Assembly: GCA_019347945.1 (NCBI GenBank)
Contig: JAHWKK010000001.1
Coordinates: 3,299 to 67,298 of the forward strand
Source: Acidobacteriota bacterium
Lineage (GTDB): Bacteria; Acidobacteriota; Thermoanaerobaculia; Gp7-AA8; JAHWKK01
Length of the DNA stretch: 64,000 bases
Reading direction: 5' to 3'
This document shows positions 59,001 to 64,000 of the stretch, piece after piece; position 1 is the first letter of the stretch; each line of letters starts with the position of its first letter. Under the pieces are notes generated by a model, which saw nothing but the letters and a program-made list of their open reading frames with translations, was not told the DNA's origin and made no database searches. The position numbers and the translations under genes were made by a program.

Positions 59001-60239
59001 GTCAACCGCAACGGGAAATTGCTGATCGTCGACGAGAATGGTCGCGAGAAGGAGCGTTACCAGATCGTCTACGGATCAACTCTGAAGGTGCACGACGGCC
59101 AGAAGGTCAAGCCGGGTCAGAGCCTCGTCGAATGGGATCCGTTCACCTCGGCGATTCTCACCGAGATCAACGGTAAGGTCGAGTTCCGCGACATCGTCGA
59201 GGGTGAGAACGTCCGCGAGGAGACCGATCGCGTCACGGGTCTGACGCAGATGGTCATCGGCGAATCGATCGCCGCCGAGAAGCGAACCCCGACCGTCATG
59301 GTCATCGGAAAGAAGAGTGCCGAGAAGAAATACCTCCTTCCCATCGGGGCGCATCTGATCGTCACGGAGGGTCAGCAGGTCCATCCCGGAGACATCATCG
59401 CGAAGATTCCGCGAGCCACGACCAAGACGAAGGACATCACCGGCGGTCTTCCCCGGGTGGTCGAGCTCTTCGAGGCCCGTCATCCCCGCGACAGGGCGGA
59501 GATCACCGAGGTCGACGGTACCGTCCATCACGGACCGATCGTCAAGGGCAAACGCGAAGTCGTCGTGGAGACCGAGGACGGACAGCAGTTCACGTATGCC
59601 GTGCCGCGCCAGGCGCACATCAACGTGCAGGAAGGCGAGCACGTTCGTGCCGGCGATGCCCTGATCGACGGATCGATCGATCCGCATGACATCCTCGCGG
59701 TTCTCGGAGTCAAGGAGCTGCAGCGCTACCTGGTCGACAAGATCCAGGAGGTCTACCGCTCACAGTCGGTCGCGATCAACGACAAGCACATCGAAGTCAT
59801 CGTCCGTCAGATGTTGCGGTCGGTGAAGGTGACGCGCGTCGGCGATACCGACTTCCTGATCGACGAGCAGGTCGACCGGTTCCGGTTCCTCGAGGAGAAC
59901 GAGAAGGTCATCATGCGCGGTGGTGAGCCGGCAGACGGTACGCCGATGTTGCTCGGAATCACCAAGGCCTCGCTTTCGACCGAATCGTTCATCTCCGCGG
60001 CTTCGTTCCAGGAGACCACGAGGGTTCTCACCGAAGCTGCCATCTCGGGTCGGGTCGACTACCTCCGAGGCCTCAAGGAGAACGTCATTGTCGGGCGACT
60101 GATCCCGGCAGGTACGGGGACGGCCGACTTCCATCGCCTTCAGCTCGAAAGAGACGAGCCGGTACTCGATCTCGACGAGCAGCTCGCGGCGGAAGCGGAT
60201 GCGGCTCTCGCGTTTGCCGACTTCGACGACGAGATCTGA
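56064..60239 (+). CDS. rpoC: DNA-directed RNA polymerase subunit beta'
   Basis: TTG start after AGGAGG. ...[37 protein letters not shown] (Zn-binding)...[16 protein letters not shown] (catalytic)... 1391 aa. Confidence 0.95.
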
Positions 60240-60266
60240 TCGCGTAAGTCACTTGCAGTAATTCGA

Positions 60267-60299
60267 GAGGCAGGCGCCGAGAGCGCCTGCCTCTTTTTT
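60267..60299 (+). terminator. Rho-independent terminator after rpoC (GAGGCAGGCGC-cgaga-GCGCCTGCCTC-TTTTTT)
   Basis: Perfect 11-bp GC-rich stem + T6, 28 nt after the rpoC stop. Confidence 0.75.
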
Positions 60300-60324
60300 C
60301 ATACCTCTCGTCCGGATTCGAATA

Positions 60325-60504
60325 TCAGGTGACCGCACCGACGCCGAGTACGACCATGAGAATGACGATGATCGCGATCGCGAGAAAGATGAAGAAGAGT
60401 ATCTTCGCCACCTTCTTTGCGCCGCTCGCGACGCCCGTGAAACCCATCGCACCGGCGATGACCGCAATGATGAATGCAATGATTGCCCACCAGAGTAGAT
60501 CCAT
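60325..60504 (-). CDS. UPF0391/DUF1328 small membrane protein
   Basis: [59 protein letters not shown] (59 aa) with RBS AGGAGG 6 nt upstream of ATG 60504. The track ORF's 92-codon N-terminal extension was rejected. Confidence 0.7.
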   Translation of the reverse strand: MDLLWWAIIAFIIAVIAGAMGFTGVASGAKKVAKILFFIFLAIAIIVILMVVLGVGAVT

Positions 60505-60803
60505 TCGTGTCCTCCTGCCGATCCCCGGGTTCATGGTCGGTGCCATGATGAGATCCTTGGCCGGCAAAATCACTGTCGTGTCGCCCTCTTTCCGAAGATC
60601 CGGCCGCATCCGTCGACGACGTCCTGATCGGCCAGATTTGTCGCCCGAGGTCTTTGTTTCCGCGCGCGCCATCCACGTAACCTCCATCACTTCAGTTATT
60701 TGGGCTTGTGGTTGAAATGCGTCAACTTTTGAAAAACAATTACACCACTGAAAGGCGGTCGGCCGGCGACAGCCTCCCACAAAAACAGGAGGGTTTGTTA
60801 ATC

Positions 60804-62618
60804 ATGAAGAAGCTCAGTCTATTGACTCTGTCATTGTTACTCTGCGCGCCCACGTTTGCGGGGCAGTTCATCACCGTAGACAACCCGGTGCCCAACAGCT
60901 ACATTGTCGAGTTCACACCGGCCGCAGTGGAGGCTGCAAACCAGGCACACGGCAAGGGCAAGGGCGTTGCTGCTCTCGCTCAGGAGCTCGCCGGACGCAG
61001 CGGAGGCAGCGTGGATCGAGTCTACAACCATGCGATTCGCGGGGCAGCGATGACGATCTACAACCCGAAGCAGGCGGAGGCTCTGTCGCGAAACCCGAAC
61101 GTCCGGCTCGTCGAGCAGGACGGCTACGTTTCGATCGACGCGACGCAGTCGAATGCCACATGGGGTCTTGATCGTGTGGATCAGCGCGACCTGCCCCTCA
61201 GCGGGACCTATACGTACAACACGACCGCTTCGAACGTCAACGCCTACATCATCGACACCGGCATCCGTACGTCGCACGACGACTTCGGGGGGCGGGCCCT
61301 CCACGGCTACGACGCCGTCGACGGCGATTCGAATGCCTCGGATTGCAACGGACACGGCACGCATGTCGCGGGGACAGTCGGTGGAACCACGTGGGGAATC
61401 GCCAAGGGAGTCACGCTCTACGCTGTTCGGGTCCTCGACTGCAACGGATCCGGAACAACGTCCGGTGTGATCGCCGGCATCGACTGGGTGACCCAGAATC
61501 ACATCGCGCCCGCGGTCGCGAACATGAGCCTCGGTGGCGGCGCATCCACCTCGCTCGATAACGCCGTCGAGAATTCGATCGCCGCTGGCGTCACCTACGC
61601 GGTGGCGGCCGGGAACGACAACGCGGATGCGTGCAACAGCTCGCCTGCCCGTGTCGACGCTGCACTGACGGTCGGCTCGAGCACGTCCTCGGACTCCCGC
61701 TCCTCGTTTTCTAACTGGGGAAGCTGCGTCGACATCTTCGCTCCCGGATCGAGCATCACCTCGGCCTGGTACACGAGCGATACTGCGACCAACACGATCA
61801 GCGGCACGTCGATGGCCTCTCCGCACGTCGCGGGAGCCGCCGTGCTTTATCTCGCCGATAACCCCGGCGCCTCTCCTTCGACCGTCTTTCAGGCGATTCT
61901 CGGCGATGCGTCGGCGAACAAGCTTTCGAGCATCGGCAGCGGATCGCCGAACCTTCTGCTCTACACCCTCTTTGGCGACGGTGGCGGAGGTGGTGGCGAC
62001 ACCGAGCTTTCCAACGGCGTCTCGGTCTCAGCTTCCGGTGCGAGTGGCTCGCAAACGTATTACTACCTGGACGTTCCTTCCGGCGCATCGAAGCTGACCG
62101 TCACAATCAGTGGTGGGAGCGGCGACGCCGACCTCTACGTGAAGTTCGGGAGCAAGCCGACCCTGTCGAGCTATGACTGCCGTCCCTACAAAAACGGGAA
62201 CGAAGAGACCTGCACGTTCAACTCTCCTGCGGCGGGTACCTGGTGGATCATGCTCCACGGCTATACGTCCTACTCGGGCACGTCGCTGACGGGAACCTAC
62301 GAAACAGCGGCATCCTGCGGAGACGAGATCTACACCGGAACGCTTTCCGGCAGCGGCGACTCCGACGTTCATCCGGACGGAACCTATTACCACTCTTACG
62401 CTGGTACGCACCGTGGCGTTCTCGACGGCCCCTCCGGCACCGACTTCGACCTCTATCTGTACAAATGGAACGGGTCGAGCTGGAGCTTGGTGGCGAGGTC
62501 GATCAGCAGCACGTCTCACGAGGAGATCAACTACAGCGGAACCACCGGCTACTACTACTGGAGGATAAAATCGTACAGCGGGTCCGGCAGCTACACATTC
62601 TGCCTGACCCGGCCGTAA
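60804..62618 (+). CDS. Secreted subtilisin-like serine protease (S8, proteinase-K-like) with two C-terminal beta-sandwich (PPC/P-domain-like) modules; paralog of 11099-12382
   Basis: Signal peptide MKKLSLLTLSLLLCAPTFAG. YIIDTGIRTSHDDF, CNGHGTHVAGTVGG, GTSMASPHVAGAAVLY, plus NMSLGGGA / AAGNDNADACNSSPAR shared with the first S8. C-terminal DADLYVKFGSKPTLSSYDCRPY... and DFDLYLYKWNGSSW... modules. Confidence 0.9.
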   Translation: MKKLSLLTLSLLLCAPTFAGQFITVDNPVPNSYIVEFTPAAVEAANQAHGKGKGVAALAQELAGRSGGSVDRVYNHAIRGAAMTIYNPKQAEALSRNPNVRLVEQDGYVSIDATQSNATWGLDRVDQRDLPLSGTYTYNTTASNVNAYIIDTGIRTSHDDFGGRALHGYDAVDGDSNASDCNGHGTHVAGTVGGTTWGIAKGVTLYAVRVLDCNGSGTTSGVIAGIDWVTQNHIAPAVANMSLGGGASTSLDNAVENSIAAGVTYAVAAGNDNADACNSSPARVDAALTVGSSTSSDSRSSFSNWGSCVDIFAPGSSITSAWYTSDTATNTISGTSMASPHVAGAAVLYLADNPGASPSTVFQAILGDASANKLSSIGSGSPNLLLYTLFGDGGGGGGDTELSNGVSVSASGASGSQTYYYLDVPSGASKLTVTISGGSGDADLYVKFGSKPTLSSYDCRPYKNGNEETCTFNSPAAGTWWIMLHGYTSYSGTSLTGTYETAASCGDEIYTGTLSGSGDSDVHPDGTYYHSYAGTHRGVLDGPSGTDFDLYLYKWNGSSWSLVARSISSTSHEEINYSGTTGYYYWRIKSYSGSGSYTFCLTRP

Positions 62619-62647
62619 ACCGACGGCTTCCGCTTCGACCGATTCCG

Positions 62648-62681
62648 GGGTCCGCCGCTCACACGGCGGACCCTTTTTTTT
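62648..62681 (+). terminator. Rho-independent terminator (GGGTCCGCCG-ctcaca-CGGCGGACCC-TTTTTTTT)
   Basis: Perfect 10-bp stem + T8, 30 nt after the S8 stop. Confidence 0.75.
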
Positions 62682-62783
62682 GACCACGGTCCGTTACTCG
62701 AAAAGCATCCGCCAGGCGGGTGCGCGGCGTCCGCCGGGAGGAGTTTCATCTGACCGGACTCTCTACCGGCCACCCTCCGAATA

Positions 62784-64000
62784 TCATGGTTCGCTGTCGA
62801 GACCTCCGTATCTCTCGAACCATGCGAGCACATGCGCGGGCTTCGCGATCAACCGGCTCGGGCGTGCAACGATGCCGTGCGAAGCTCCCGGCACGCGGAC
62901 GAGCGCCGTCGGTACACCCCGAAGCTTGAGCGCCTGGTAGAACTGCTCGCTCTCCGAGATCGGAGTGCGGTAGTCCTCTTCGCCCGTCAGGAGCATCGTC
63001 GGCGTCGAGACGTTTCCGACGAGCGACAAGGGGGAACGCTTCCAGTAGTGCTCGACCTCCTCCCACGGAAGTCCGGGAAACCAGTACCGATGAAAGAAAC
63101 TGTAGAAGTCCGCCGTCAGCGCGAAGCTCGTCCAGTTGATCACCGGTTTCGCCACGACCGCTGCGCGGAATCGATCGGTCTTTCCGACGATCCAGGCCGA
63201 CAGCACACCGCCGCCGCTTCCCCCCGTCACGTAAAGCCTGGCGGGATCGACGAAACCTCGTTCCAGAACCGCGTCGACACCCGCCATCAGATCGTCGTAA
63301 TCCTGCCCCGGATAGTTGTGATGAATGAGGTTGCCGAGCTCCTCACCGTAGCTCGTGCTGCCTCGTGGATTCGCGTAGAGAACGACGTATCCCGCCGCCG
63401 CGTACAGCTGAATCTCGGGCGAAAATCTCGGACCGTAGTTCGCAAAGGGCCCGCCGTGGATCTCCAGAATCAGCGGATACGATTTCGTTGGATCGAAATC
63501 CGGAGGCGTCACGAGCCAGCCCTGGATCCGACGCCCGTCGTACGACGACTCCCACCACAGCTCCTCGGTCTTTCCGAGATCCCGGAACGCGAGCAGATCG
63601 CGGTTGAGGTTCGTCAGGCGTTTCGCGTCCCCCCGCCCTCGAACGCCTGAGAAAAGATCTGCCGGGTAGTCGGGCGAGGTCCCGGTGTAAACGTAGCGAT
63701 CATTTCGTGCGAGAGAGAACGATCCACCGGGGTAGGGGCGGCCGATCGAGGTTCCTCCGACGTTGGAGGCGACGGTCTCGAGTCGGGAGTCGAGCGAGAC
63801 GGATCCGATTTTCGTGACGCCCTCGTCGTCGTATTGAAACCAGATGCGCCGTCCATCCTGCGACCAGACGGGATCATCGACGCTCCGGTCGAGCGACCCG
63901 GTCAGGACGCGCCGGGAACTTCCGTCGCGATTCATGACGTAAAGCCGCGTGATCTGGTATCCCTGATAGCGGTCATCGAAGCCGGTGAAGGCGATCGATC
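62784..64000 (-). CDS. S9 family serine peptidase (prolyl oligopeptidase/acylaminoacyl-peptidase-like), C-terminal catalytic domain; N-terminal propeller continues beyond window end
   Basis: ...ILEIHGGPFANYGPRFSPEIQLYAAAGYVVLYANPRGSTSYGEE...LYVTGGSGGGVLSAWIVGKTDRF (GxSxGG nucleophile elbow)...GEEDYRTPISESEQFYQAL...VPGASHGI (Asp/His). The reading frame stays open to position 64000. Confidence 0.8.
   Translation of the reverse strand, partial: SIAFTGFDDRYQGYQITRLYVMNRDGSSRRVLTGSLDRSVDDPVWSQDGRRIWFQYDDEGVTKIGSVSLDSRLETVASNVGGTSIGRPYPGGSFSLARNDRYVYTGTSPDYPADLFSGVRGRGDAKRLTNLNRDLLAFRDLGKTEELWWESSYDGRRIQGWLVTPPDFDPTKSYPLILEIHGGPFANYGPRFSPEIQLYAAAGYVVLYANPRGSTSYGEELGNLIHHNYPGQDYDDLMAGVDAVLERGFVDPARLYVTGGSGGGVLSAWIVGKTDRFRAAVVAKPVINWTSFALTADFYSFFHRYWFPGLPWEEVEHYWKRSPLSLVGNVSTPTMLLTGEEDYRTPISESEQFYQALKLRGVPTALVRVPGASHGIVARPSRLIAKPAHVLAWFERYGGLDSEP

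Overview
High-GC bacterial chromosomal segment, densely coding on both strands. No transposase, integrase or CRISPR array was recognised. Many long antisense ORFs in the six-frame track are GC-driven artefacts and are not reported as features.

Contents in order:
- 1-839: partial TonB-dependent receptor (plug domain).
- 1124-1482: a small scar holding two gene remnants (M20 peptidase C-terminus, Ser/Thr kinase N-terminus).
- 1741-3342: a KaiC-like ATPase fused to a degenerate receiver and a degenerate GGDEF domain.
- 3381-4445: an LCP (LytR-CpsA-Psr) protein, divergent from the next operon.
- 4697-10751: a four-gene Pga/PNAG-like exopolysaccharide operon. Gene 1 is an unusual NAGPA phosphodiester-glycosidase + TPR + beta-barrel fusion, followed by a GT2 synthase and two small or membrane-anchored proteins.
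- 11099-12382: a proteinase-K-like S8 protease.
- 12691-18594: a CPBP protease, a stand-alone LigD 3'-phosphoesterase, a large BNR/Asp-box beta-propeller protein, and a CPBP-like protein.
- 18801-20586: a GSDH-like beta-propeller with dockerin-like repeats and a double zinc-ribbon protein.
- 21739-24507: uvrA.
- 24548-30181: a housekeeping operon (mdh-galU-maf-MCE-aldo/keto reductase), a CDGSH protein and a small membrane protein.
- 30251-39446: a tightly coupled FHA / Ser-Thr kinase / PP2C signalling cluster with four FHA-domain proteins, one of them a transmembrane trypsin-like protease-FHA fusion.
- 40002-43778: a gpsA-plsY-cystathionine gamma-lyase-cystathionine beta-synthase operon.
- 43.8-47.5 kb: a 4 kb stretch with four arrays of heptanucleotide tandem repeats and a shared ~35 bp element flanking an AI-2E transporter gene.
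- 47621-60239: the conserved tRNA(Thr,Tyr,Gly,Thr)-rpmG-tRNA(Trp)-secE-nusG-rplK-rplA-rplJ-rplL-rpoB-rpoC block. rpoB carries a Cys-rich zinc-ribbon-like insertion.
- 60325-64000: a UPF0391 membrane protein, a second S8 protease and a partial S9 peptidase.
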